A stretch of 64,000 nt of DNA, from NCBI RefSeq assembly GCF_002087085.1, contig NZ_MWQY01000020.1, positions 1 to 64,000 on the forward strand. The letters are read 5' to 3'. Both the position numbers and the translations under genes were made by a program. Below are positions 1 to 10,040 of this stretch, piece after piece (the stretch's first letter is position 1; each line of letters opens with the position of its first letter). The notes below the pieces were generated by a model. That model was given only the letters and a program-made list of their open reading frames with translations, was not told where the DNA came from and made no database searches.

Positions 1-113
1 TGTCCAAGTTTGATCACGATCTTTTCCGCCCCCTTCTCTTTCTGCCCGTCCGCGACAGCTCCAGTCACGAAGATAAGAGATACAAGAATAACAATTCCAA
101 CAATCTTTTTCAT
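1..113 (-). CDS. TRAP transporter substrate-binding protein (DctP family), N-terminus only; runs off the window
   Basis: Not in the ORF track. Reverse strand reads AAGGAGG-N5-ATG, then MKKIVGIVILVSLIFVTGAVADGQKEKGAEKIVIKLG: a signal peptide followed by the IKLG(H) start typical of DctP. Confidence 0.65.
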   Translation of the reverse strand, partial: MKKIVGIVILVSLIFVTGAVADGQKEKGAEKIVIKLG

Positions 114-138
114 TTTATCCTCCTTAAAAAAGCACAAC

Positions 139-172
139 GATACAGTGATGTATACGTATACATCACTGTATC
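139..172. promoter_or_regulatory. 34-bp perfect palindrome containing LacI-type operator copy 1 (148-163)
   Basis: GATACAGTGATGTATAC|GTATACATCACTGTATC. It overlaps the -10 of a minus-strand promoter TTGACG-N17-TACAGT upstream of dctP. Confidence 0.85.
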
Positions 173-268
173 ATCACATTTATGGTCCGTCAACTTTTTC
201 TTTTCTGACTTTTAAGTTCCTCGTAAATCCTGAAAATACATAACGAACTAGGCTCCTAAAAAATGGAA

Positions 269-1048
269 TCATGAAAAGCTCTCACGAAACATCCGGAGAC
301 GTTCTCGAGCCACGCTGCTAAGGGTAGTTGTATCGGAAAAGAAAAAGACCATACTGTAGCCACGTTCATACTTTTCCTTTGCATCCTCCCAAGTCCCCGC
401 CACAGTCGCAAGAGATTTTCCAGAGGAAATTACTTTCTCTTCTATTACACGGATAGACTTCTGTACTTCGTCGGCCTTCGGGTTGCCAAAATAGCCCATA
501 TTGGTAGCAAGATCCATGGGACCGATAAAAATACCGTCCAATCTGCCGACGGACAGGATTTCATCCAGATGACTGACCGCTTCGGGAGTTTCTACTGCTG
601 TCATAAGAAAAACTTCTTCATTTGAACTTTTAAGATAGTCCATAGAGTTATTTCCGTAGTGAGCAGCACGTGGGCTGCCGGCGACCCCTCGGATACCATC
701 GGAAGGATAGGATACAGCACTAACCGCCGCGAGCGTTTCTTCCTTGGAATTGACATAGGGAACCAAGAGACCGTAGACCCCAGCATCCAATATCCTTTTA
801 ATCTGAACAAAATCATTCCATGGGGCCCGGCAAAACGGTATCGCCACTTCTCCCTTCATTGCCTGAATCTGATGAATCGTAGCCATGATGTCTCCTGGTC
901 CGTGTTCCAGGTCGATCATTAAAGCGTCATAGCCTGCTTCAGCAAGGATCTCCGTGGTTATGGGACTTCCAGACTGGCACCAGGCACCGGAGACTTTTTT
1001 CCCTTGCTTCAGCATGGCTTTTACAATATTCTTGTTTTTTTCCAGCAT
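269..1048 (-). CDS. HpcH/HpaI aldolase family protein
   Basis: Motifs IDLEHG, RAPWND, RGVAG, AVET and FIGPMDL. Start moved to MLEKNK (1048), downstream of the transaldolase stop. Confidence 0.9.
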   Translation of the reverse strand: MLEKNKNIVKAMLKQGKKVSGAWCQSGSPITTEILAEAGYDALMIDLEHGPGDIMATIHQIQAMKGEVAIPFCRAPWNDFVQIKRILDAGVYGLLVPYVNSKEETLAAVSAVSYPSDGIRGVAGSPRAAHYGNNSMDYLKSSNEEVFLMTAVETPEAVSHLDEILSVGRLDGIFIGPMDLATNMGYFGNPKADEVQKSIRVIEEKVISSGKSLATVAGTWEDAKEKYERGYSMVFFFSDTTTLSSVARERLRMFRESFS

Positions 1049-1065
1049 CTTTTTTTCCTTTCCGC

Positions 1066-2112
1066 CTAGCGGTCTCGGCTTCGTTGCTCGATTATTCGGG
1101 AGGCTTCTGACCAGGCCTTCTCGAAGGATTCTCTGAACAGTACTACAGGACCGTACTCTTCGTACTCTGATGGTTTCAGTCCCGTTATTCTCCAAGCTCT
1201 TCCAAATTCACCGATCCGGTCAAGCAGTTCATCCAGAACACCTTCGGGGACCAATGCATGATATCTGTCCACCACCGGAGGATCCAATTCGATAAGTTCT
1301 TCTGCAGTTCCTTTCCAGTTGATGGTCACGCAACAATCAGCGCCTACCATCTCCGTAAAATGGTGAAGTCCACGGGCACCACCGCCGATAAACCCCACTT
1401 CGCTGCCCCGTTCGTCAAGCAATCTCCGTATTTTTCGCGCCACGATCATTCCCGCCTGCCATAGAGTGTCGGGGCTGATTTGGATAGAGTTTTCTGAAAC
1501 ATGATTCTGGAGATACTCATCAAATATGCCGGTAATATGGGAAAAGTAAACCGAAGGCATAGTCCTTCCTCCGGCGGCTACACGATCATAAATATCACAT
1601 ACATCCAGGGCTTGACGAACTCCCATAACTTCGGTTGCGTTAACAGGTATGCCTTCGGACAGGAGTATTTCAATTGCCTTCAGACCATCCTCGGTTACGG
1701 GAACCTTTGCCATAATATTAAGCCCCGCTTCTCGATTGAACCGCGCATTTCGAAGGATATTCTCTACATCCTCTTTGAAAGGATTTCCCTGAATGCTTAC
1801 ATATCCATATTTCCCATTACTTTTTTCCCAGAGAGGCAGGAATTTTTGAGCCACCGCCGCGACCAGATCCCGTTGAACAGTCTCCTGGACAAGGTCTATA
1901 TCCTCAACACTCTGCAGGATCTTATCCAGCCGTTCAAAAGCATAATCCTTTTCCTCGTCATTGGTTAACATCTTGTATACATAGGAGGGATTCTGGGTAC
2001 AACCCACAGCTCCGGCAGCGAGAGAAAGATCCGCTTCTTTTCGAGTAACATTATTTATCCAGAACCTAGTTGGAGTCTGTGTGACAACTCGGTGAAAATA
2101 TCCTTTCTTCAT
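1066..2112 (-). CDS. Transaldolase family protein
   Basis: GCTQNPS, GYVSIQ, Schiff-base Lys in IMAKVP, and VNAT. Divergent: WINN stands where the canonical motif is (W)xD. Confidence 0.85.
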   Translation of the reverse strand: MKKGYFHRVVTQTPTRFWINNVTRKEADLSLAAGAVGCTQNPSYVYKMLTNDEEKDYAFERLDKILQSVEDIDLVQETVQRDLVAAVAQKFLPLWEKSNGKYGYVSIQGNPFKEDVENILRNARFNREAGLNIMAKVPVTEDGLKAIEILLSEGIPVNATEVMGVRQALDVCDIYDRVAAGGRTMPSVYFSHITGIFDEYLQNHVSENSIQISPDTLWQAGMIVARKIRRLLDERGSEVGFIGGGARGLHHFTEMVGADCCVTINWKGTAEELIELDPPVVDRYHALVPEGVLDELLDRIGEFGRAWRITGLKPSEYEEYGPVVLFRESFEKAWSEASRIIEQRSRDR

Positions 2113-2123
2113 GTCCTTATCTC

Positions 2124-3554
2124 CTAGGCAAAGACTTCCGCTTCAATATCCAATATGCTACAAACTTCCAACAGCTCATTAAGATAGTTCCCTTCAACAC
2201 CGGATATGTGGTTTGATCCATATTCGTTTATAAAGGCATCCAGGTCAAAATCCACCTTAGCAAAAAGGGCGGGAAGCTGATGAGGACCCCGGGCTTCGAT
2301 AAATTCTTCAAGCATTTCTTTAGTAGGATCTTCAGCCTGACAGGGGATAATTGCCATTTTGTACTTACCGTTTTTGCGGTATAGTCGAGCCAACTGCATT
2401 GGTCCGGGAGCTGCATTAAAATAGGTAATCCCGCCGCCTCCCGGACGAACAGACTGCTTGATAACGATTTTCTTCAGATTCTCCCGAGTATCATTACTCC
2501 GGTTGGCATAATACACGCAAAGAGCACCGCAGTTTACACAATACATCTTCTTCCGGTCATTATCTATATGACTGACATCGGCAAAGAATGTGGGCTTGCC
2601 CCCGGATAGCAGCTTAAGGATCTGTTGGGTAAGGGCGCCGTCGGCATCGGCTTCACAAGCTATGGGAGTAGTCTCTTTTTCGCCCTCAGCATCATCATAG
2701 TTAGCCAGTAAAGCCTGGGTAATACACTGGGGAACATAGGAATTGGAGAGCTCGTGCATACACTTCAGTGCGACGAAATCCATACCGTACTCTTTTACCA
2801 GATCCTTTGTTGCCAGATAGCAGGCAATTTGAAAATCGAATTTCTCTTTTGTGAGCTTGGCATCATTGTAGACCACTTCGCTTACACCAGCTTCCAGCCA
2901 ATCCCGGTGTTTATCGATTCTGTCCTGGGGAATGGTTTCAGCAACTCGAATAATCTCCACTTGGTCCAGATGCTCCGAATCTACACCGAATTGGGTTTTC
3001 CACTGCATGGGATCGTAGGTGCTCGTATCAATACCGATTGACCGTCCTCCAAAAAGACCGAAAACGGATCCCTTGAGCTTCTCTCTGACCGCTGCCGCGT
3101 TGAGCAAAGGCAAGACTTTCCTTTGATAAATCTCTCCATCATAATTCTCTCGGATACATCGATGGGGAAATCCAATCTGAGAAAGAGCACCCGAAGCTCC
3201 CAGTAAACCGACGCATCCATGGGAGCCCGGATCCCGGTTACCCAAGATTACGGTAAAAATGCCCATGCGCTGGACACCGTGGACAACGAGGTTAGGGCTT
3301 GTCCAGCATGGAACATGTGCCACAAGAACGTCGACATTCTGTGACTTGAGATAATCAACAGCATCATTAATCTGATCCCGGGTGCGAGCCACTTCCTCGG
3401 CACAAACTAATTCGACAGGGAGTTTCTTCAGTTCCGCCATTGCTTTTTGATGAAGCGGAATGGCCAAGCGTGAGAAAACGTTTTTCCACATATCCGGACG
3501 ATGATCGCCGAATGTCATAAAACCGATTCTCGCTACATCACTTGTTATTCGCAT
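2124..3554 (-). CDS. L-fucose/L-arabinose isomerase family protein
   Basis: KCMHELS, ACEADADGALT, FFAD, NCG and C-terminal NHI motifs. Start moved to MRITSD, which has an AGGAGAG RBS. Confidence 0.85.
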   Translation of the reverse strand: MRITSDVARIGFMTFGDHRPDMWKNVFSRLAIPLHQKAMAELKKLPVELVCAEEVARTRDQINDAVDYLKSQNVDVLVAHVPCWTSPNLVVHGVQRMGIFTVILGNRDPGSHGCVGLLGASGALSQIGFPHRCIRENYDGEIYQRKVLPLLNAAAVREKLKGSVFGLFGGRSIGIDTSTYDPMQWKTQFGVDSEHLDQVEIIRVAETIPQDRIDKHRDWLEAGVSEVVYNDAKLTKEKFDFQIACYLATKDLVKEYGMDFVALKCMHELSNSYVPQCITQALLANYDDAEGEKETTPIACEADADGALTQQILKLLSGGKPTFFADVSHIDNDRKKMYCVNCGALCVYYANRSNDTRENLKKIVIKQSVRPGGGGITYFNAAPGPMQLARLYRKNGKYKMAIIPCQAEDPTKEMLEEFIEARGPHQLPALFAKVDFDLDAFINEYGSNHISGVEGNYLNELLEVCSILDIEAEVFA

Positions 3555-4389
3555 TGCTCTCTCCTTTCTTATACTCCTGGAGCAGGTTAAAATCCTGCTC
3601 TGTAACAGTCTTGAATCCTGGTACTGGAAACGCTTGGAAACTTCGACCGCCATCGTTATAAATTGATTGTCCAAAAATGAAATCCGAATCGTCTGACGCT
3701 AAAAATACCGCCAGACGACCGCATTCTTCAGGGGTTCCGATCCTGCCTATCGGAGTACGGGAAATCACGGTGTTATACAGCTGCTCATCCGATCCGACCC
3801 GTCGCATTAGTTCCGTATCAATCGGTCCCGGCGCCATGGCGTTTACCTTGATTCCGTACGGCGCCAGAGCGACTGCCTGTACTTTGGTTAGCTGCTGTAT
3901 TGCCCCCTTGGATGTTGTATAAACCATTTGGCTATCCAGAGCGAGATATGCATTTACAGAGGAAATATTTATGATAACCCCGCCCTCGCCCTGCCTTGCC
4001 ATACGCCTGGCTGCATACTGACCGCCAAAAAACAGCCCCCGGAGATTTACATCCATGATCCTGTCATACTGCTCAGGAGTGATATCAAGATAGCGCGTCT
4101 TGTCGGGATCATTGATCCCCGCATTGGCAACATAAATATCCAGGCGTCCGAACTTCTCTACCGTAAAATCCACCAGCATTTCCAGATCATCCAGAACAGA
4201 CACATCGCATTTCGTAAAGACGGCATCTCCATCAAGAGCCTTCAGCTCTCCGCAAGCTGCTTCACCCTGCTCCTCATTTCTCGAGCAGATGACGACCTTT
4301 GCTCCTTCACGGATAAATTCTTTCGCTATGCCCAGGCCTATTCCTTTTGATCCGCCGGTTACAATAGCAACCTTATCCTTAAGTCTCAC
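3538..4389 (-). CDS. SDR family oxidoreductase
   Basis: [11 protein letters not shown], YxxxK (YTTSK) and PGPIDT. GTG start with an AGGAGG RBS. Confidence 0.95.
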   Translation of the reverse strand: MRLKDKVAIVTGGSKGIGLGIAKEFIREGAKVVICSRNEEQGEAACGELKALDGDAVFTKCDVSVLDDLEMLVDFTVEKFGRLDIYVANAGINDPDKTRYLDITPEQYDRIMDVNLRGLFFGGQYAARRMARQGEGGVIINISSVNAYLALDSQMVYTTSKGAIQQLTKVQAVALAPYGIKVNAMAPGPIDTELMRRVGSDEQLYNTVISRTPIGRIGTPEECGRLAVFLASDDSDFIFGQSIYNDGGRSFQAFPVPGFKTVTEQDFNLLQEYKKGESNANNK

Positions 4390-4403
4390 TCTTTCCTCCT
4401 GTT

Positions 4404-4439
4404 AAAAAACGACTTTCGGTCATCATGGCCGAAAGTCGT
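4404..4439 (-). terminator. Intrinsic terminator-like hairpin inside the operon
   Basis: Minus strand ACGACTTTCGGCCA-TGA-TGACCGAAAGTCGT followed by TTTTT. Confidence 0.65.
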
Positions 4440-4449
4440 CTAAGCGCTC

Positions 4450-5355
4450 TTATTTTTTTAGCCGCCCTTTTTCATCATGATCTTTATCATACTTAATCTG
4501 ATCAGTATAATTGTATCCAATGGGGTTTCTAAATCCTAGAGGATTGATGCCGCAGGCATATTTCTTCCGTATCTCCTCGACCAGACGTACATAATGATTC
4601 GCTACCCCTTCTACAAGCTTTTCACCTTTCTCTCGACTTGCACTTGTAGGATCGCCGATTGTGCCGTTGTCCAGATCATCTTTTTCCGGTAGAGCGAAAG
4701 TGCCTTCGAAGTGATAAAGCATACCCGGCGCCGCTGCTGCCCCCGGCGCGATCTTCCAGTCACCTTCAATCAGGCCTTGTCCACCACCTGGTTCGGCAAG
4801 ACTCATGTCGATCATTTCAGGATACAGGTACAGTCCAACCGAAGTCTCCGCTTCATCAGCATGCCACATATAGTCCTTCAGGACTGTTTTATTATCACGA
4901 AGAAAATCGTACCATGTTGAGGAAATGGTAAAATAACCTTCGATGCCCAGTTTGTGGACCGCCACAATCGTGGAGGACACCTGTCCATGAGCGGAAATAA
5001 TGATAAATTTGTTAAAACCGGATACTGCCGCACCGCGAACGATGTCCATAAGAAGTGCGATATGAGTCTCGAAAGTCAGAGGAATCGTTCCAGGCATTCC
5101 CCAATGGTGGTGAGGATGAGACCCGTACATGGGGCATGGCAAGAGCATGGCGCCCGTCTTTTCGGCAACTTTTTCTGCTATACCTATAGCGTTAAAAGTA
5201 TCCATTCCACAGGGGCAGTGTGCCGCATGCTGTTCGATCGCCCCGATGGGCAGAATGGCAACATCACAGACGTCTTTCGCATAGGCCGAATTGACCGGAG
5301 CGGAATTCTCGTGAAACCAAACAGACTTTCTTCCTTCTAGTCCTTCTTTTAGCAT
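4450..5355 (-). CDS. Creatininase family hydrolase
   Basis: PIGAIEQHAAH, D in GMDT, SAHG and WHADEAETS metal-binding motifs. Start MLKEG with an AAGGAG RBS. Confidence 0.9.
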   Translation of the reverse strand: MLKEGLEGRKSVWFHENSAPVNSAYAKDVCDVAILPIGAIEQHAAHCPCGMDTFNAIGIAEKVAEKTGAMLLPCPMYGSHPHHHWGMPGTIPLTFETHIALLMDIVRGAAVSGFNKFIIISAHGQVSSTIVAVHKLGIEGYFTISSTWYDFLRDNKTVLKDYMWHADEAETSVGLYLYPEMIDMSLAEPGGGQGLIEGDWKIAPGAAAAPGMLYHFEGTFALPEKDDLDNGTIGDPTSASREKGEKLVEGVANHYVRLVEEIRKKYACGINPLGFRNPIGYNYTDQIKYDKDHDEKGRLKK

Positions 5356-5409
5356 CTTATCTCTCCTTAATACGTGAAAAAAATATTCCAAAAACTCATA
5401 GAGTTCCTG

Positions 5410-6465
5410 TTACAAGGGAAACGATATTTTCAGTTGATGCGCTAATGCTTTCAACTCTTCAGAGAGGGTCACCGGCACGGGTATGCCCGAGACCTTCCTC
5501 TCCTGTTCGTTTTTACACTCAATCTCTCCCGGCACGATCTGATGTATATTCGGATCGTTCATTGGTGTATTACGGATCATACGGGCCCATTCAGTGATCC
5601 TCTCCTCATAATCCTGTTTCACGAGAAAAAAGGAAGGATTGATTGTCATGAAGAGGTGTGTCGTAAGACTGGTTTCGTCAGGATTCTTGTACATGCTTTT
5701 CAAATCATGAAGGAACGGACCTCCGCTCAATACCCCGGTAACGAGATCCACGAACAAGGACAATCCGAAACCTTTGTGCATCCCTACCGGCAACAGAAAA
5801 CCTTCAAAGCCCTTTTGAGGGTCATCGGTCTCATCCCCTTCCTTGGTAACCGCCCAATTGGTGGGTATTTTTTCTCCTTTTTTGGCCGCGAGCAGCAGCT
5901 TCCCGCCAGCCACTGCGGATAAGGAGATATCAAGAACGAAAGGATGATCGCCAGTCATAGGAGCAGCTACAGCAATAGGATTATTCCCGGTGGAAGGTTT
6001 CGTATTACCCTTCATGCCTATGTTGGGAATAACGTTGGTACTTGCTATCCCAATCAAACCGGCCTCGACGGCAAGACGTGCATACAGAGCCGCCGCCCCG
6101 AAGTGATTACTGTTTCGCACAAGAGTCATTCCTATTCCGAAGGTCTTCGCCTGCTCTATGGCTTTCTCCATCCCGGCCCTTCCAAGGACGAACCCCATTC
6201 CTCCATCGCCGTCCAGCAGGGCTACTGGACCGCTACTCGGCAAAAGTGACTTGATTTCCGGTGTCGGATTCACCGCACCTGAAATAACTCGTTTAAGATA
6301 GACAGGAACGCGAAGCACGCCGTGGGAATCGACTCCCCAAAGGTTGGTTTTTACTAAACAGTCGGCGGTAAAATCGGCATCCGGACCATTCATCCCGCCT
6401 TTGCGGAACAGATCAGCAATAAACCTGCGAAGCACATCCGGCTGAACCATTATGTCTTTATCCAT
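5410..6465 (-). CDS. Ldh_2 family (malate/L-lactate/sulfolactate/ureidoglycolate-type) dehydrogenase
   Basis: GVDSHG, NSNHFGAA, GNNPIA, HKGFGL and PGE motifs. Confidence 0.92.
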   Translation of the reverse strand: MDKDIMVQPDVLRRFIADLFRKGGMNGPDADFTADCLVKTNLWGVDSHGVLRVPVYLKRVISGAVNPTPEIKSLLPSSGPVALLDGDGGMGFVLGRAGMEKAIEQAKTFGIGMTLVRNSNHFGAAALYARLAVEAGLIGIASTNVIPNIGMKGNTKPSTGNNPIAVAAPMTGDHPFVLDISLSAVAGGKLLLAAKKGEKIPTNWAVTKEGDETDDPQKGFEGFLLPVGMHKGFGLSLFVDLVTGVLSGGPFLHDLKSMYKNPDETSLTTHLFMTINPSFFLVKQDYEERITEWARMIRNTPMNDPNIHQIVPGEIECKNEQERKVSGIPVPVTLSEELKALAHQLKISFPL

Positions 6466-6475
6466 ACCCTCTCCA

Positions 6476-6491
6476 ATGTATACGTATTCAT
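6476..6491. promoter_or_regulatory. LacI-type operator copy 2 (one mismatch)
   Basis: ATGTATACGTATTCAT in the 40-bp gap before the Ldh_2 RBS. Confidence 0.75.
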
Positions 6492-6505
6492 TTCTGACAA
6501 AACAA

Positions 6506-7396
6506 TTACCTGATTTTCATCCGGTAAACAGTAGACGTTGCGGTAATATACAGGGTTCTCTCGTCCTCTCCCCAGGTAAAATTTGCCGCTACTTCAGGAA
6601 TATTGATCCGTCCAAGACAATCACCGTCTTCATCGATTATGAATATACCCCCCGGCCCCGTACAGAAAATTGTGCCGCGGGAGGTACATTTCATACCATC
6701 AAGCACTCCGTCCCCGCTGCCCTGAGGAGACGAGAAGATGCGCTTGTTTTCCAGCATACCCTTCGTTCCGACATCGAAGGCAAAAATTATTCCCTGTGCG
6801 CTATCGTTTACATAGAGAATTTTTTCATCCGGGGAAAAGCAAAGTCCGTTGGGCAATTGCAGTCCATCTTCCAGCAAATAAAGAAAAGCGTTTCTCCGAT
6901 CATACATGTATACTCCCTGAAAAGAGAGTTCCGGCGGTCGAGGGATTCCAACACGCGGAAACCTGCCGGGCATGGGATCGGTGAAATATATATTCTTATC
7001 TGATTTAAGCACCACATCGTTCGGACTATTAAGACATCTTCCATTGTACGAATCGGCCAGAACCGTATAAGTCCCGGATCGTAAATCCGTTGCCGAAACA
7101 CGACTTGTACCGTGTTCGCAGGTAATGAGGATCCCGTCCTTGTCGTATGCGTTTCCGTTGGCGAGGTAGCTGTTTGGACGCAGCAGTGAAATTCCCTTAT
7201 TTTCATCCCAGCTATAGAGAGCATTGCCCGGAATGTCGCTAAAAATCAAACGATTTTGATCCTCTATCCAAACAGGACCTTCAAGAAAACGAAAACCCGT
7301 CGCCAACGTCTCCAGGAAAATCTGATTCTTTACAATCTGCCTAAACCTGTTATTAAAGGCTTCGACTTCAACCGGAATTTTGCTCGCTTCTTTCAT
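6506..7396 (-). CDS. SMP-30/gluconolactonase family protein
   Basis: FLEGPVW, FSDIP, ANGN, NSPND, PNGLCFSPD and DGM motifs. Confidence 0.93.
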   Translation of the reverse strand: MKEASKIPVEVEAFNNRFRQIVKNQIFLETLATGFRFLEGPVWIEDQNRLIFSDIPGNALYSWDENKGISLLRPNSYLANGNAYDKDGILITCEHGTSRVSATDLRSGTYTVLADSYNGRCLNSPNDVVLKSDKNIYFTDPMPGRFPRVGIPRPPELSFQGVYMYDRRNAFLYLLEDGLQLPNGLCFSPDEKILYVNDSAQGIIFAFDVGTKGMLENKRIFSSPQGSGDGVLDGMKCTSRGTIFCTGPGGIFIIDEDGDCLGRINIPEVAANFTWGEDERTLYITATSTVYRMKIR

Positions 7397-7408
7397 CCTG
7401 CTCCCCAA

Positions 7409-7449
7409 ATGTATACGTATACATTACCACGGGTTTTTTACCCTGTCAA
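7409..7449 (-). promoter_or_regulatory. Sigma70 promoter with overlapping LacI-type operator copy 3 (7409-7424)
   Basis: Minus strand TTGACA-N17-TAATGT. The -10 runs into the perfect ATGTATACGTATACAT. Confidence 0.85.
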
Positions 7450-7542
7450 GTTTTCTTTTTGATAAAAGTTACAATTTTATGCAAGGCACCTCAAAGAACT
7501 ACTGGTTTTCTCATATTCCAAGGCATCAAGATTTAGCCCGAT

Positions 7543-7581
7543 CCTCATCCTGCATCAAAGCATTATCAGTGCAGGATGAGG
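7543..7581. terminator. Hairpin downstream of lacI
   Basis: CCTCATCCTGCA-N15-TGCAGGATGAGG; no clear U-tract. Confidence 0.45.
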
Positions 7582-7635
7582 CGATACAAAATATTTCCTT
7601 CTTGACCATAGAAAAAATACTACAGAGGAACTGTC

Positions 7636-8658
7636 CTAGGTTCGATCAATCACGGATTCTCTTTCGATTATTTCCCCGGAAATCATCCTTAGAACGACTT
7701 CATCCTTGTCGGAATCTATTTTTTCCAGCAGTACCTGAATCGTTACTTCTACCATTTCTTTCACTGGCTGATTGATGGTAGTGAGCTTGTAATGGGGGCT
7801 TGCTGCCATAACGGAATTGTTGAATCCGATTATCGACATATCGGCCGGGATCTGCAGATTAAACTCGTCCTCAAGACAATCAATCAGGCCAAAGGCCATC
7901 TCATCGCTGGCACAAAACACTGCATCAGGCAGAATGTTCTGTTTCATCATCTTCTTCCCCGCCTTAATGCCCGATTCGTAGGTATAGTCCCCAACATACC
8001 GATCGAAGAGTGTTTTTCCACTATTAGCCAGATATTGCTTTAGTCCTTTTTCTCTATCCATGTTGGTAGAACTGTTAACATCGCCCGAGAGATATGCAAT
8101 TTTTGAATGACCTCGGTTCAGCAAGTATTCTGCAGCATTCTCTCCAGCGCGTTTATTGTCCAAACAGATAGCACTTACATCCAAACCTTTGGAATATCGG
8201 TTAAACTGAACAACAGGAACATTCAGATCCATGCAGCTTCGTATCAATTTTGGAGAAAGTGATACTGCGGTTGTTATCAGTCCATCGACCTGATACTGAA
8301 ATGCGATGGGAATCACATCTTCCAAAGCTGCCGTCCTGGGTATATTCAAGAGCATTACGGTATACCCCCTGCTCTGCAAACCCAGGGTGAAGAAATCCAA
8401 TGCACCCAAGTAAAAATACCCGCCAAAAGCAGGGTTTACAATTCCGATGATGTTGGTTTTTCTCATATTCAAACTGCGAGCCAGGTTGTTAGGCTGGTAA
8501 TTCAGCTCTTTTGCGGCAGCCAGGACTTTTTTCCTAAGAACATCAGAAACCTTTTCGGCCGGTGTAAATACTCGCGACACCGTCGCCTGGGAAACACCGG
8601 CCATTTTTGCAACATCTATGGATGATACTCTTTTAAGATTTTTTTTCCCGGTGCTCAT
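7636..8658 (-). CDS. LacI family transcriptional regulator
   Basis: HTH SSIDVAKMAGVSQATVSRVF, hinge YQPNNLARSL, and a periplasmic-binding-protein-like effector domain. Confidence 0.96.
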   Translation of the reverse strand: MSTGKKNLKRVSSIDVAKMAGVSQATVSRVFTPAEKVSDVLRKKVLAAAKELNYQPNNLARSLNMRKTNIIGIVNPAFGGYFYLGALDFFTLGLQSRGYTVMLLNIPRTAALEDVIPIAFQYQVDGLITTAVSLSPKLIRSCMDLNVPVVQFNRYSKGLDVSAICLDNKRAGENAAEYLLNRGHSKIAYLSGDVNSSTNMDREKGLKQYLANSGKTLFDRYVGDYTYESGIKAGKKMMKQNILPDAVFCASDEMAFGLIDCLEDEFNLQIPADMSIIGFNNSVMAASPHYKLTTINQPVKEMVEVTIQVLLEKIDSDKDEVVLRMISGEIIERESVIDRT

Positions 8659-8858
8659 GGTACCCCTGCCGATTTCTTAATTTAAGAATTCCTGAAAAGA
8701 ATATCGATGGATACCGTATAGCTTTTCGGGAATTCAGTACTGTTACATTATTTATATATGTCAAAGACCCTGGTTTCAATAGGATTGCGTAGTAAACCTG
8801 TAAACAAGCTTTTGAGGTGCCTCCTAATTTACCCGAGCGGATTCTGCCCCTGCCTTCT

Positions 8859-9995
8859 TCAAATTCTTTGGAAAGGTGCTGAATTGAACTCTTTTATTGC
8901 ATCATAAAGAGCCTTTATATTGACAGGCGGAATATCATGCCCGACATTGTGACAGGTACATATAATGTACCCCCCATTAACTGCCAGATCACAGATACGC
9001 GTGTTAACTTCTTTCCTGATCTCTGCCGGAGACATATTTACCAGGACTTTTTGAACATCGATTGCTCCGTGAAAGCAGATGTCGTCACCGAATTCTTTTT
9101 TCAAAAGCCCTGTATCCCTTAGTTCCTCAACCGATGTTTGTATGGGATTCAGAAAATCAATCCCCATTTTTTCAATCATCTTCCTGAGCAGCGGTTTGAC
9201 AGAACCATCCGTATGGAAAATAACCTTTACATGAGGAGCGCACGACTTTATATGTTGAATCAAATCCGCTTCATACGGCAGTATAAATTCTTCCCACATA
9301 TCCGGAGACATAAGAAGGGAATTCTGTGTACCAAAATCATCGGTAAGGTATATGACCTGGATAAAATCACTTACCTCGGCCATATACCGGGTGTACATCT
9401 CCTTATAGACTCCGGTTATCCGCCCTAATAAGGCATGTGCAAATTCCGGGTCCAGCACCAGATCCATAAAAAACTGATCATATCCGGCAAGTTCAAGAGA
9501 TGTCTGAAGGGGCCCCCCTTTTATTCCGTCTGCACCTATTACATAGTCGGTATTGTGATACCAGGACTCGGCCTGCTGACGGAGTCCCTCAAACTGCGAC
9601 GGGTCATCCGTTTCAGGCCATGCGTGCTTTTCGATCCCTTCAAGACCTTTCCCCTTAAGCGGTGCATCGGCAATCGCATAGTAATCCCCGGAATCCTTGA
9701 ATAGGGTCCCGAAGGTATTCCGGTAACTGACTTCACTGATCTCCTGTATATTTGTCCAGTGAGGGATGAGCCACCTGAAGTCAATTCCCCATATTTCCAG
9801 AAGATCTTCGTCGGTATGAACGCACTGACTCATTCGATCAAGTATTCGCAGCGGTTGCGGCTCAAGACCGTACTCCGCCCGAATCTTGTTATAGACAAAT
9901 TTATGAATCGAGCTGACCTGCTTTCCATGGTCAAGCAGTATTCTATCAGATTTCTGATGGTTCACTGTTCGCTTAAAAATCTCTCTTCTGTTCAC
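8859..9995 (-). CDS. Uroporphyrinogen decarboxylase / MtaA-CmuA-like family protein
   Basis: TDDFGTQNSLLMSP, IFHTDG, NPIQ, FHGAID and GGYII..CHN motifs. GTG start. Confidence 0.85.
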   Translation of the reverse strand: MNRREIFKRTVNHQKSDRILLDHGKQVSSIHKFVYNKIRAEYGLEPQPLRILDRMSQCVHTDEDLLEIWGIDFRWLIPHWTNIQEISEVSYRNTFGTLFKDSGDYYAIADAPLKGKGLEGIEKHAWPETDDPSQFEGLRQQAESWYHNTDYVIGADGIKGGPLQTSLELAGYDQFFMDLVLDPEFAHALLGRITGVYKEMYTRYMAEVSDFIQVIYLTDDFGTQNSLLMSPDMWEEFILPYEADLIQHIKSCAPHVKVIFHTDGSVKPLLRKMIEKMGIDFLNPIQTSVEELRDTGLLKKEFGDDICFHGAIDVQKVLVNMSPAEIRKEVNTRICDLAVNGGYIICTCHNVGHDIPPVNIKALYDAIKEFNSAPFQRI

Positions 9996-10040
9996 GATAT
10001 CCCCCTTATTATCAGTTCAAATGTTTCAGATACACGTTAA

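Noticed and set aside
10..243. Small plus-strand ORFs sharing the peptide MYTYT/MYTYS (also 6452-7003, 7256-7462 and 10041-10358)
   Set aside because: The shared peptide is only the translation of the palindromic operator, not a protein family.
269..1195. Long N-terminal extensions given by the ORF track (also at 3674, 22333, 34301, 34400, 39720, 48490 and 59068)
   Set aside because: They overlap neighbouring genes or promoters. Downstream starts with RBS and family-typical N-termini fit better.
1..7396. Assigning the island to sulfoglycolysis
   Set aside because: Several families overlap, but no sulfoquinovosidase, dehydratase or sulfolactaldehyde dehydrogenase is visible. Kept only as one hypothesis.
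8859..9995. Calling the URO-D-family gene hemE, or part of a complete O-demethylase
   Set aside because: It lacks the N-terminal RQAGR motif of HemE, and no corrinoid protein or activator gene lies in the window.
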